Shown in pieces: positions 37,001 through 49,393 of a stretch of DNA of 64,000 nucleotides. The notes below the pieces were generated by a model. The model made no database searches and was not told where the DNA came from. It saw only the letters and a list, made by a program, of their open reading frames with translations. The stretch comes from Takakia lepidozioides (lineage: Eukaryota > Plantae > Bryophyta): the NCBI GenBank assembly GCA_030704615.1, contig CM060733.1:11966001-12030000 (forward strand). Direction: 5' to 3'. Numbering within the stretch: the first letter of the stretch is position 1; each line of letters begins with the position of its first letter. The translations under genes were made by a program, and so were the position numbers.

Positions 37001-38432
37001 ATGATACTCCGCACCGTACTAGGCTTACAAATTATTGTGGTAACTGGATAACTCTTACACTCCCACTCGGTGTGGAGTCTCATTCTACTGATGTTGCATT
37101 GAGTCCGAGGAGTCCCTTCATTCGCTCGAACTTATCTCTGGGCAGTGCTTTGGTCAGGATATCCGCGACCTGATTGTGAGTGCTGACATACTCATCACGA
37201 ATCTGGCCGTCGCTGGAGGCCTCGCAAATCTTGTGAAACTTAACGTCAACGTGCTTCATTTGTCATGGCCCTTTGCCTTGAGGGCAAGGGTTCGAGACAC
37301 AAGAGGGGCTGCCCCTGTGATGGGGGCAGTGGCAACAATAGGCATGGGGGCTGAAGCACCCTTGAGTGCCCAAGGCACTCAAGGAGGCAGAGGCACTCAC
37401 TAGGTGGAGCCCCGCACACCGGGTTGTGGTGGGGGTGGTTCCACGAGGGGTGCTGGTAGCTTAGTGGGTCTTAGTGGGGATGGCATAGGACTCACCATGG
37501 GGCGGAGACCTTGTGGTGGGAGTCGTGGGGAGTCTTGGGTCTCATCACGGTCCATTGGGGCCGTGGTGGGTGGGCACTCATCACCGAGAGTCAAGGGTCT
37601 TCGTGGTGGTTCGCCATAAAATGACTGGGTTGTTTGTGAAACCCCCGCGGACAGTCACAGAAGTATATATAGAGAGTAGTAACCCCGAGAACGGTGCAAG
37701 CCCGTTGGTGACCAAAAACTAGTGAGTAAGCATGCGAGCCGGAAAGCGACCAAGGTGTGGGGAGCTGTTCCAGACTGCCAACAACCAAAGGGAATTTCCA
37801 CTAAGCCCAAAGTGAGCGAGGGTCTTGTGGAGGAGCAAAGGGGGACCGTTATGTCCCGGTGAGCGGCCAAAGCTCCAAGTTGGCCGGCGGCCAGTTTGGG
37901 AGTTAGGCACGCGCATCAAAGCGAATAACTATGACCTGAAGGGGAGCTTACCGAAGTGATGTGCGCAACACTTGGTATCAGAGCTTAGAGTTTAGTACGC
38001 GATTGTCCTTGAGATCGGCCTCACCATGGGGTCGGGCAAGACAAAGCGAAAGCGGAACGGCCCAAAAGACAATGATCCTGGTGAGCCCGGTGAGGGCGAC
38101 GTGTCACTGAAGCGGCAAATGGAAGAGGCGATTTATGCTTCTGAAAGCGAGGCTGCTCAAGAACGGGAGGAATTTGGGGAGTCGGAGCCCGAGGAATTTC
38201 CAAAGGCTCCGCCAGACCAACAGATGTCTCCCATGCCAGCAGCCTTTTGGGAAGGGTTGTTGGCGCAGTTTGGCAGGACGTTGAAAGACGTGATGAGGGC
38301 GGCTAATGTCACTTCCACTAAGGCAAAGTTTAAGGTAAAGCCTAAGGAACCCGGCACCTTCGAGGGCGTCCGAAATCGGAAGGCACTCAACACCTGGCTC
38401 TTAGAGCTGGAGCAGTACTTCCGAGCGGCCAA

Positions 38433-41400
38433 TACTACAATAGATGAGCGTTTTTATGACTGCACATATGACTATTTTTTCAGTCCGAGCGTTCATGACT
38501 ACATCACTCTGCAGTGAAAAAAACCCTGTCATAACGACTAGTCTTTACGACTGCGTTTTGCAAGTCATAGCCGTGACTGCGTGCGTGGCACCTGGGGTCA
38601 TGCTATAGAGAGGATGTAATCACAACTATATGATTTATATATGACTAACTATATGACTACATGTCTACAAAGTATGACTCCATTGGAGAGGCGTCAGAGA
38701 GACACATGTAGCACTCCGGATGTGACACGTGTCCACATGGACAACATATATGACCTACACGTGGGAAAGAATATCGTATCATATAATGCCACGTTGCCAT
38801 GATGTAGTCATGAGTATATAACTTCATGACTAAAGAGGTTTTTTAATAATAATTTAATTTAATAAATTAAATCATACAATTATAATATTTAGATTATTAA
38901 TTGATTTAAATTCTCATTAGGTTTCTAGGAAAATAGAATGGAAGCCATTGTTGTCTTTTTTATTATTTTTATTTTTGTTAACAAAAAGGGACAGTGGGGG
39001 ACAGTGGGGGACAGTGGCCTCCAGAACTTTATAGGTAATGGACATAAAATGTCATTGGATACAAAGAGGAAAAAATAACCTCTGGATAGAGTGCCATAGA
39101 GGCTGAAAGAGGAAGACACAGCTTCGCGTACCAAGACAAGAAAGAGTAGTAAGAAGGAAGGCAAGCAAAGAAGGGGGTCTGCATAGAGCTAAAGAGTCTA
39201 GCAGGAAAAGAGACTGTAGCCAGAAACTACTGCCATAACTTGGAAACATAAAGGCACCGAGCTAAGGAGAAGAACTGAAAATCAGCTAACAATGTCATAA
39301 GAAAGCTGGGCCCTAGCCTTCCACTTCCTAAAAGATCTACAGATGGAGAGACATCCCTGCAGGGTCGTGCTTTTCAGCTCAAGACCAACCAATTGATCAT
39401 CTATCCATGCAGGTTTCTTGTAGCTATCCTTCCACAGGGAATCATAGGTAATCTGGAGATTGAAATCCGGCCCTCTTGGATGAATCTGCCATGCACTCTA
39501 TCCCTGCTCCTTCAGCTATCCATGCCTCTGCACAAATCGTGTATATATCATTGCCTTGCTCCTAGCAGCTGACAATGACAGCCTAGAATTGTTCCAGCAA
39601 ACACCCCAACCCTACTTACCATACTCGCTGACTTGCGTCTACTTCCAACAAACATTCATTTTTTTGCCTCGATTGTTCCACCATTGACTTGGGTCGAAAA
39701 CGTATTCTTTGGAACAGAGCTTCTCCTCGTCTCTGTTATCTGTTTTTTCAATACTTTCCTGTCGACCACATTGGCAATAACATGTCAAAATCATTCCAAA
39801 ACCACCAGAGATCCACCAACGCCGAGCTAATTTGCAGAATTCAACATGAAAATATAGGGACGACTTTGCTAGCAGGGGAAAACAGGGTGGAATATGTTGA
39901 AGAAGGTACCTTCATTAGTAGTGTCTTGTTTTATCAATTGTGCTGCTGCCGCTGTTTCTAGTAGACCATCTACCCACTTGTAGCCATTGTGCTATTGAAG
40001 AAGGTGTCTTCGTTACCTGTGCCTGATTTATCAATTGTGCCGCTGCTACGGCAAATTCCAGTTGACCATCTACCCATGCAGGTTTCTTGTAGCTATCCTT
40101 CGACACAGGGAATCATAGGTAATCTGGAGCTTGAAATCTGGCCCTCTTACATGAATCTGGACCAGCTTTGGTGATGCAACCTTGCACCTCTTTGCCCTTT
40201 TCCAGGGCTGCCAGGCTTGCACACGCACTGCAAACACACACTAAAATGATGTGGTCGAGCTTCACCCCTTCCCCCATCATTGGCTCATAGGTATCCAAAG
40301 CCTCCATCCCGCACCCCTGCTGTGCATACCCTGCAAGCATCGCACTCCACGACACCACATCTCGTTTAGCCATAGTGTTGAACACTCCCTTGACACTGGC
40401 ATATATGTCCAGAATTAGGGGTTGTTCAGAATGACATCTGGCTGCCAGCCTTCATACACTCCTATGATCATCCTGACCCTACCAAGTCCCTTGTAAACGA
40501 CCAAGAGGTCCATGACCCAATGGAGACATCATCACATTTTAAGCTGGAATGGCTCCAAGAGTCATACTGAACAATATTCTATTTTTCCCCTGCTTCCTTG
40601 CCCCCTGCCTTCCCCATCCTGCAACTGAAAGAGGCTCTACAAACTTCAACAAGCTAGGCATAATTTCAGCATATTCAGATACCTAAGTCCCCTGTCTCAA
40701 GCATAAGAGCATCAAGCTGAAAGGCCTGCAAACCGAAAATCAGGTGCATATGCTCACATTATATTAAGTGGATTGAAGGCATTAAATGCTTTTCTACACA
40801 ACACCCTTGTCAACATGTATGTTAAGTGTGGTAGCTCGTGGATGCACTTGTAGTTGTCCCACCCCGAGTTTAAATTTCAGTCTAGTGATGAGGGCAGGTA
40901 GGCCATTGAGATAGTCCTTAAGGTCCTTGCCCATGTCACATATTCAAAACAATTTTAGGGAGGTTTAATGCCTAACTGTATTTCCACTGGACAGTGTGAG
41001 GGCATCAGAGGAGGAGAGAGAGAGAGAGAGAGAGAGACTCACCGGGGAAGGTGGTCATCATGGTACTCCAAGACACCACATCTTGTTCAGCCATGTTGTT
41101 GGACACTCCCTTTGCATCCTTGCTACACCTACATTTGGCATACATATTGTCCACCAGGGGAGTGTTCAAAATGACATCTGGTACATTTGCAGCTTTGACG
41201 ATGCAACCATGGACCTTTTGCCCTTTTCCAGGGCTGCCAGGCTTGCACACGCATTGCAAACACATACACACGTTATGTGGTCGGGCTTCAGTATCCCTTC
41301 CCTCATAATTTGCTCATAGGTCTCCAAAGCCTCCATCCCACGCCCCTGTTGTGCATACTCTGCAAACATCGCACTCCATGACACCACATCTCGTTCAGCC

Positions 41401-43333
41401 ATAGTGATGAACACTCCCTTTGCATCCTTGATGCACCCACATTTGACATACATGTCCACCAAGGCAAGGGCAGTGTTCAAAATGACATCTGGTAATCTGA
41501 CAGGTATTCACATTTTTGCCTTGGTTGTCCCACCATTGACTGGGGTCAGAAAAGTATTCATTCCAAAGCTTCTCCTCATCTCTGTTACCTCTTTTGGATA
41601 CTTTCCTGTTGTCACATTGGCAGTATCATATCAAAGTCACTCCAAACTATCCCAAGTTCACTCAACCAACTAACTTGCATAATTCAACATGGAAATTTAG
41701 GGCCGATTTTGATAAGAGGGAAAAACAGGGTGAAATGTGTTGAAAAACGTGCCTTCATTAGCAGACCCTTTTCTCATTAGCAGATTTCTTGTAGCTATTG
41801 ATCCACGGGGAATCAAAACTAATCTTGTGTTTGAAATCCGACCCTCTTGGATGAACCTGGACCTCTATCCCTGGTCCTTCAGCTATCCCTGTCTATGTAC
41901 AAATCATGAATACTTGCTGCTAGCAGCTGACACTAACGGCGTGAAGTTCTTCCAGCAAACCCCAACCCTAATTATTACAATAGTTCTAATTCTAAATTGC
42001 ATCTACTTCTCTCTAGTGTAGTCCAACATGCATTCACCTTTTTGTCTCCATTGTCCTGCCATTGACTGGGGTCGGAAAAGTGTTCATTCCAAAGCTTCTC
42101 CTCATCTCTATTACCTGTTTTTTGATACTTTCATGCTGCCAAACAGGGCAAAACAGGCTGAAATAGGTCAAAGAAGAAGATATCCTCACCACATTGTTCT
42201 TTACCTTGTGTCATGACCCATCGAGGATTTGACCGACCATCAGCCCAAAAGGACCCATTGTGTGTGCTGCTTGTATCTGTAGTCAGGTAATGTTGGATTG
42301 GTATGTGAGATCGAACCACCACGGCGCAGCTGAGCAGGCAGAGATTGAAACACGACCTGCTAAGACCAAACTGACTCTCCCAAGAAGAGCGAGCGTCTCC
42401 TCGTCTCGTCTCTCTCCCAAAAACGACGAGCTCACAATAATGTTGGGATCTTCTCCTCGTCTCCTCTCCTCCTCCTCTTCTCTTTCCTGCATCATTTGCT
42501 CAAGAGTAGGAAGGTCTGCAAAGCCTCCATCCCACGCCCCTGCATATCCTGCGATCATCGCGTTCCATGACACAACATCAAATAGATGGTGAAACGCAGG
42601 AGACAAAAAAGCCTACCAGCCCGGTGTAAAGTAATCTTAAACCGTTAGATCTTAAACAATCTAGACCGTTAGATCCTGTAAAATCTAACGATTCAAAATA
42701 ATTTCCATCACATGATCTAACCTTGTACAACCACGTATTTTAATCTCATATATCTTGCGATCCTTGTTAAGCCACGTCCATCCAGGTCCAATTTATTGAA
42801 CAGATATCAAATCGACACACCGTATAGGCGGATGGATGAACCCATCCATTGAATGAATTCATTAATGTATATGTCTTTGAAATGACATGTGTAGTGATGT
42901 AGTCATATATATAGAGTTATGAAACAATTTGCAGTAAGGGACTCATAAGTTTACATGCCATGTCATCGATGGATAAACTCATCCAATGGATGAATACATT
43001 CATGTATGTGCTTTCAAAATGACACGTGTAGGGATGTAGTCGTATAAATAGAGCTGTAAAACCACCTTCAGTCATGGAGTCACAAGATTCCATGAAACGT
43101 CGTCCACGTGTAGTCAAACATATCACACTAGTCATAAAACCATCCTTGTCATCATGATCAACAATGTTTGACCAATGCTCCCTAATTTTCCGGAGTCATG
43201 TAGTGATATCCATTACTATAAAGTGATAAAACTATGACTGCAACGCATTTCAGCGCTTTGTAGTCGTATACCTAGTGCCGTTTTTATGACTCCGCCAAAT
43301 CCGTAGTCCTAAAAACACTTATATCTTATAGTG
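38433..43333. mobile_element. Non-autonomous CACTA element carrying PPR, OSB-PDF and LINE fragments
   Basis: Imperfect ~31-bp TIRs (TACTACAATAGATGAGCG... / ...CACTTATATCTTATAGTG), 3-bp TSD CAA; removal restores gag FRAAKLSDEDRV. Confidence 0.9.
40165..41490 (-). pseudogene. PLS PPR fragments inside the CACTA
   Basis: ORFs 40113-40385, 41005-41271 and 41166-41480 carry P-L-S motifs. Confidence 0.85.
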
Positions 43334-45934
43334 CAAGTTGAGTGACGAGGATCGGGTGGAAGTGGCTCCCACCTATTTGAGGGGCTATGCTCAACAATGG
43401 TGGCAGAATCGCCTTCATGACCAAGGTTCAAACCCAGAAATCTTGAGCTGGAGTGGGTTCAAGGAACTTATAAAAAGACAGTTTGTGCCCCTCAACGCGT
43501 CCTGGCTTGTCTGGGACAAGATGAGGAATTTGAAGCAAACGGATGATATCGGGGATATGTTCAGGCTTTCAATGTGCTGTTGCTCGAAGTCGCGGATATG
43601 GCAGAACCAGAAATGGTCTTCAACTTTGTAGCGGGACTGGCCCCGGGCCAGGCGGAAGTTGGAGGAGAAGCCACCTAAGACTTTGAATGAGGCAATTGAA
43701 AGGGCTGAATGTTTCTCGGATGTCCCTAGGGGCGAAAGACAAGGCCGTACGGAGCTGAACCACAAGAAGGCCCGGCAAGAGGGTGACTCCTTCCAACCGG
43801 AAAAGAAGTGGGATAGGCCACGCGGCGACAATGACACATGGAAATCGAAGGGAGGGGCTTCACACGTCAAAGCGGCACTTGGTGCTCCGAAAGGAAAATC
43901 AGGTGCGGCTGCTTATGGTGGACATAAGACGACCTTCGATGGAGTGTGCTTTAATTGCGGGGAGCCCGGGCACATGGCCAAAGATTGCGCAAAACCCTGA
44001 CAATTGAACATGACTCGGGCGACCACGAAACTGTCCGAAGATTCCATCAGCCGCTTGGTGAAGGCGGTAGTCGCCAAGACTTGCAAGGTAGGCAACTACT
44101 CTTGTGAGTTGTATCAGGAGACTGGCCCCTTGCGTAAAGGGAGTCAGTTAATGTTCGTGAGTGGGATAATTTCTAGAACTAACGTAGCGTTGTTGGTGGA
44201 CACAGGAGCGTCGCACTCCTTCATGACACCGGCAACGGCACGGAAGCTGGGGCTCTCGACAAGTGATGTGAGGTCGGCGTGCGATATTCCTCTTCAGCTG
44301 GGGAGTTGGAAGGGACGTGAGAACTTCACCATTTGCGAGATCGATGGAGTGGATCTCATTTTGGGGATGACCTTTTTGAGCAAATCCGGAGTGGTCATAG
44401 ATGGCCGCAAGAGAATAATCAGGCTACCTTGTGGGAATGGTGGCAAAGTTTTACGGGTGTCGGAAACATCCAACTGAGTGGGAGGGCGAATAAACATGCT
44501 GACAACAAAAGAGTGGGCAGTGGAGGAGCCACACGAGCCCCAGTTTTTGCTTTACGTAAAACAAGTGGAAGGAGAAGTTGATAGGGAGCCTAGCCCAGAT
44601 TGGATCAAGGGGATCCTAGAGAAATACCAGGATGTGATGCCGGAGGATTTACCAAGCGGCTTGCCACCGCGAAGAGGAGTTGACCACAAGATAGAGGTGA
44701 TACCGGGATCGGAGCCGTTTGCCAAGGCGCCCTACCGGTTGAGCCACAGAGAGTTGGTCGAGCTGAAGGCCCAGCTCAAGGATCTAATGTCAAAGGGGTA
44801 CATCCGGCCAAGTAAGTCACCTTACGGAGCCCCGGTGCTATTCGCAGACAAGAAGGATGGGACGCTGCGGATGTGTGTCGATTACAGGGCTCTGAATAAG
44901 GTGACTATAAAAAAACGGTACCCTTTGCCAATGATCGACGACCTCTTCAATCGGTTGGCAGGAGCAAAGTTCATTCCTACCAAGGAGACGACAACGGCGC
45001 AGGAGACGGGGCGACTTTACTTCGCCCACGTCTTCAAGCATCATGGACTCCCAAAGGATATTGTCTCGGACCGCGATCCAAAGTTTACAAGTAAATTTTG
45101 GAGAACACTTTGAAAGAAAATGGGGACAAGGCTCAAGATGAGCACGGCCTTCCGACCTACAACGGACGGCCAAATGGAAAGAGTGAATTCCGTGGTGAAG
45201 CAAATCTTGCGGAATTATGTGTCGGCAGACCAGTCAGACTGGGTGGAGCATTTGGATGCGGCATAGTTCTGTTACAATAACACAAAACACTCCGCAACGG
45301 GAGTTTCCCCTTTCGTATTGGTCTATGGAAAAGCACCTCTGGTGCCGACAAGTTGGGCCGCCCAAGACAATGAAGAGCAGGTAGCAGCAGCGGTGCTGGA
45401 AGAACGCGAGCGTTTGTTGGAGCTCGCAAAGTACAACATTGCCAAAGCTAGGAAACGGTATGAACGACAGACAAATCGGAAGCGGAGGGAAGTTAAGTTT
45501 GAGGCAGGCACGGAGGTCTGGTTGAACATCAAGAATTTTCGACTACCTCCGGAAGTGAATCCAAAGTTCGTACCTCCGTATGCAGGGCCCTTTCGCATTC
45601 GGAAGGTTATAAATGAGGATGTGTATGAATTGGAGCTACCGGCAAACAACAAGGTGCATCCGGTATTCCATGTTTCACTTTTGAAGCCTTACTTCAAAGA
45701 TGAAGCGCGTCCGAATCGGCATCAAGTGTTGTGTCCGCCACCTGTGCTGTTGGATCATGAAAATGAACCTGAGTACGAGGTGGAGGCAGTGCTTAAGTTG
45801 AGGAGGTTCAAGAATCAAGAAACGGAGTATCTCGTGAAATGGAAGGGCTATCATCAAGTGGAGGCAACTTGGGTTCTTTCCTCAGAAATGGGAAACGCAT
45901 CCGAGGCGGTTGCAGCTTTCGAAGGGCGACCTCA

Positions 45935-48900
45935 CACTACTATAGATTGTCATTTTTATGACTACGGGTGATAAACCTTGGTAACTACATGAATGGGTTC
46001 ATCTATTGGATGACCTCATCCATCTAAGCATTTGCGTCAATGGAATGACACAAAGTGCAAAAGGTTAATTTTTTTAAAAAATTGCTTTAGGGTTGCCCAC
46101 GTTCCGCCGTGAACACAGAGGACTGGGACTTAGCCTCCTTTTGTCTCCTACGCTACCATTTGTTTTCTTAGTATCGAGCCTTAGCAGTGAGAACTTGAGT
46201 CATGGAACGCGACGATCACAGGATATGCAATGCAGGGGGGTGGGATTGAGGCTTTGCGACCTATTCTTGAGCAACTCATGCAGCTTTCTTGAGCTTATTC
46301 TTGAGCAAATGATGCAGGAAGGGCAAGGATATGCACAACGGGGGCATGATATAGAGGCTTCGGAGATGTATGAGCAAATAATGCGGGAAGGGGTGGATTC
46401 ATGGCCCTTCCACTATGGTAGTGGGCCTCTTTGTTTCTGCTGTTGTCCCATCTTTTAGTCTTTTCTACTCTTTCAAAAATGGGTACAGGCATTAACTTGG
46501 CTTGAAGACTACTGGGGCAAGCAATGTCTAAATATCATTTTTTTTCTTTTTCTATCCCTAGATATAATAAGTGCCTTCCTTGTTCTTTTACTGAGTTCAT
46601 TTCACTGAATCAGCCCTAAATGTTGAATTCTGCAAATTAGCCGGTTGAGTGAACCTTAAATAGTTTGGAGTGACTTTGACATGATACTGCCAATGTGACA
46701 ACAAGATTAGTACCCAGAAACTAACAGAGACGAGGAGAAGCTGTGGAATGAATATTTTTCTGACCCAGTCAACGTGGGACAATTGAGCAAAAAGGTGAAT
46801 GCTAGTTGGATTACAAAGAGTAGCAGATGCAATTGAGCATAGGAACTAGAGTGATATATTGAGTTGGGTGTTTCCTAGAACAGATGTAGGCTGTCATTGT
46901 CAGCTTCTAGTAGCAAGGCAAAGATGTATGCATGATTTGTGCAGAGGCATGGATAGGTGAAGGAGCAGGGATAGAGTGTGGGTCCAGATTCATCCAAGAG
47001 GGCCGCATTTCAAGCTCCACATTACCTACGATTCCTTGTGGAAGGATAGCTACAAGAAACCTGCATGGGTAGATAGTCAACTGGAAGCCACAGCAGCAGC
47101 GGCGCCACAATTGATAAATCAGACACTGCTAATGAAGGCATCTTCTTCAACACATTTCACCCTGTTTTTTCCTCTTATCAGAATCCTTCTTCTTCCATGT
47201 TGAATTCTGCAAGTTAGCTGGTTGAGTGAACCTTTGATAGTTTGGAGTGACTTTGACATGATACTGCCAAGGTGACAATAATAAAGTATCCAGAAACAGG
47301 TAACAGAGATGATGAGAAGCTGTGGAATGAGTACTTTTCGGACCCCAGTCAATGGTGGGACAACCAAGGCAAAAAGGTAAATGCCTGTACAATTACAGAG
47401 AGTAGCAGACGCAATTCAGCATAGGAATGAGTGTGATAAGTTGAGTTGGGTGTTTCCTAGAACAAATGTAGGCTGTCATTGTCAGCTGCTAGCAGCAAAG
47501 CAAGGATGTATGCATGATTTGTGCAGAGACATGGATGATAATTGAAGGAGCAGGGATAGAGTGTGGGTCTAGATTCATCCAAGAGGGCCGGATTTCAACC
47601 TCCGGATTACCTATGATTCCCTGTGGAAGGATAGCTACAACAAACCCACATGGGAAGATGGTCAACTGGAAGCCACAACAGCAGCGGGACAATTGATAAA
47701 ATCAGGCACTGCTAATGAAGGCACCTTCTTCAACACATTTCACCCTGTTTTTCCCTCTTATCAGAACCAACCCTAAATTTCCATGTTGAATTCTTCAAGT
47801 TAGCTGGTTGAGTGAATCTAATTTAGAGTGACTTTAATTTAGAGTGACTTTGACATGATACTGCCAATGTGACACCAGGAAAGTATCGAAAAACAAGTAA
47901 CAGAGATGAGGAGAAGCTGGGGAATGAACACGTTTCTGACCCCAGTCAACGGTGTAACAATCGACACCAAAGGGTGAATGCCTATTAGATTACAGAGAGT
48001 AGCCGACACAATTTAGCATAGGAACTAAGAGTGATAAGCTAAGTTGGGTGTTTCCTAGAACAACTCTATGTTGTCATTGTCATCTGCTAGCAACAAGTGC
48101 AAAGATAAATGCATGATATGTGCAGAAGCATGGATAGCTGAAGGAGCAGGGATAGAGTATGGGTCCAGATTCATCCAAGAGGGCTGGATTCAAGCTCTAG
48201 ATTACCTATGATTCCTTGTGGAAGGGAAACCTACATGGGTACATGGTCAACTGGAAGCCACAGCAGCAGCGACACAATTCATAAAATCAGTCATTGCTAA
48301 TCAAAGCACCTTCTTCAACACACTTCACCATGTTTTCCCTTTTTATCAAAATCGGCCCTGAATTTTCATGTTGAATTCTGCAAGTTAGCTGGTTGAGTGA
48401 ACCTTTGATAGTTTGGAGTGACTTTGACATGATACTGCCAAAGTGACAACAAAGAAGTATCCAGAAATAGGTTCCAATCTTGGTCAATACGGACTTATGG
48501 ATTTGTGCACTGTATGGGACAATTTTGAGGTGTTATTTTAATACATTGTCACGCGCTTTTCTTCATGCAATTCATTTGATTTCGTGCATTGATGGCATGG
48601 TCTGTATGTTCTGAAGTCTGAATCACATAGGCAATGACATGATCAACCCCAATGTGCAGGGATTGTGTTGGTTGCAATGCCGTAGTAGATCGATTGTAGC
48701 ATCTGTGTTACTATTCAGACACAGTAGAAACAATATTGCACATGTATGAACTACAAGTCGCAGCCCCCAAGTCAGTGCAACCAGCAGGAGTGTCTGGTTC
48801 CCAACCCACAGTCGATGTAGGCACTAGTGAGGTAGCGCATTTCAAACCTCCAGTTGCATCTGTCACTTAAACACTCCAGTTGTCGACTCCACTTGCAAGT

Positions 48901-49393
48901 CGTATAGGCAACCAGCAAACAGCTCACTGCGCCACGCGTTGTGACCTCAGGCCTGCACGTGGCAAGACCCGGGAAGCCACGCATGTCCTTGTAGGTAACC
49001 GCTAGTTCGGTCGCTACTACGAGTCCAGCACTCCAAGACGTAATTCACAACTTCGTGGTCTGACCGTGCAGTCGTTGAAACGACTTGCTAGTTATTTTTG
49101 AACTAGTGGTTAGTGCTCGTGTAATACGAGATCGTAACTATTCAGCAGCGTGAAGCAACGCGGCTACAACGCGTGTCCAGCCTCCAAGAGAACACATGGA
49201 GTTTTCACACCGAGCCACGTGGCTGTATTCCCGGCGTGCACACGGTGGGGAAGTCGGAACCCCCAGTCAAAAGTCCATTGTGGTCGGAGTAGATCTTGTC
49301 CTTTCAGACTCGTAGTCGCCTAGTCGTTTTTTGACTGAAACAACTGGTTTCCGGTCGTTTTTTGAGTCGTTATTTCGGCGATTCCCTGTAGTG
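45935..49393. mobile_element. Composite CACTA segment with non-matching ends
   Basis: Left CACTACTATAGATTGTCATTTTTATGACTAC (same family as 38433); right ...CGATTCCCTGTAGTG (different TIR); flanks TCA vs AAA, so no TSD. Confidence 0.7.
46600..48470 (+). repeat. ~580-bp tandem repeat (3+ units) of a captured OSB-like exon-intron-exon
   Basis: Unit marker TGTTGAATTCT at ~46621, 47198, 47784, 48369; reads EKLWNEYFSDPSQWWDNQGKK|gt..ag|IHPRGPDF...SLWKDSY.KP.W. Confidence 0.85.

Larger units (their letters stand above)
37261..45934 (+). mobile_element. Ty3/gypsy chromovirus, internally deleted, 3' LTR missing
   Basis: LTR 37261-37970, PBS TGGTATCAGAGC 37973-37984, gag (CFNCGEPGHMAKDC), protease LVDTGAS, RT start fused at ~44970 to the integrase core (IVSDRDPKF), GPF motif, chromodomain EYEVEAVL...YLVKWKGY. 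Confidence 0.93.
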
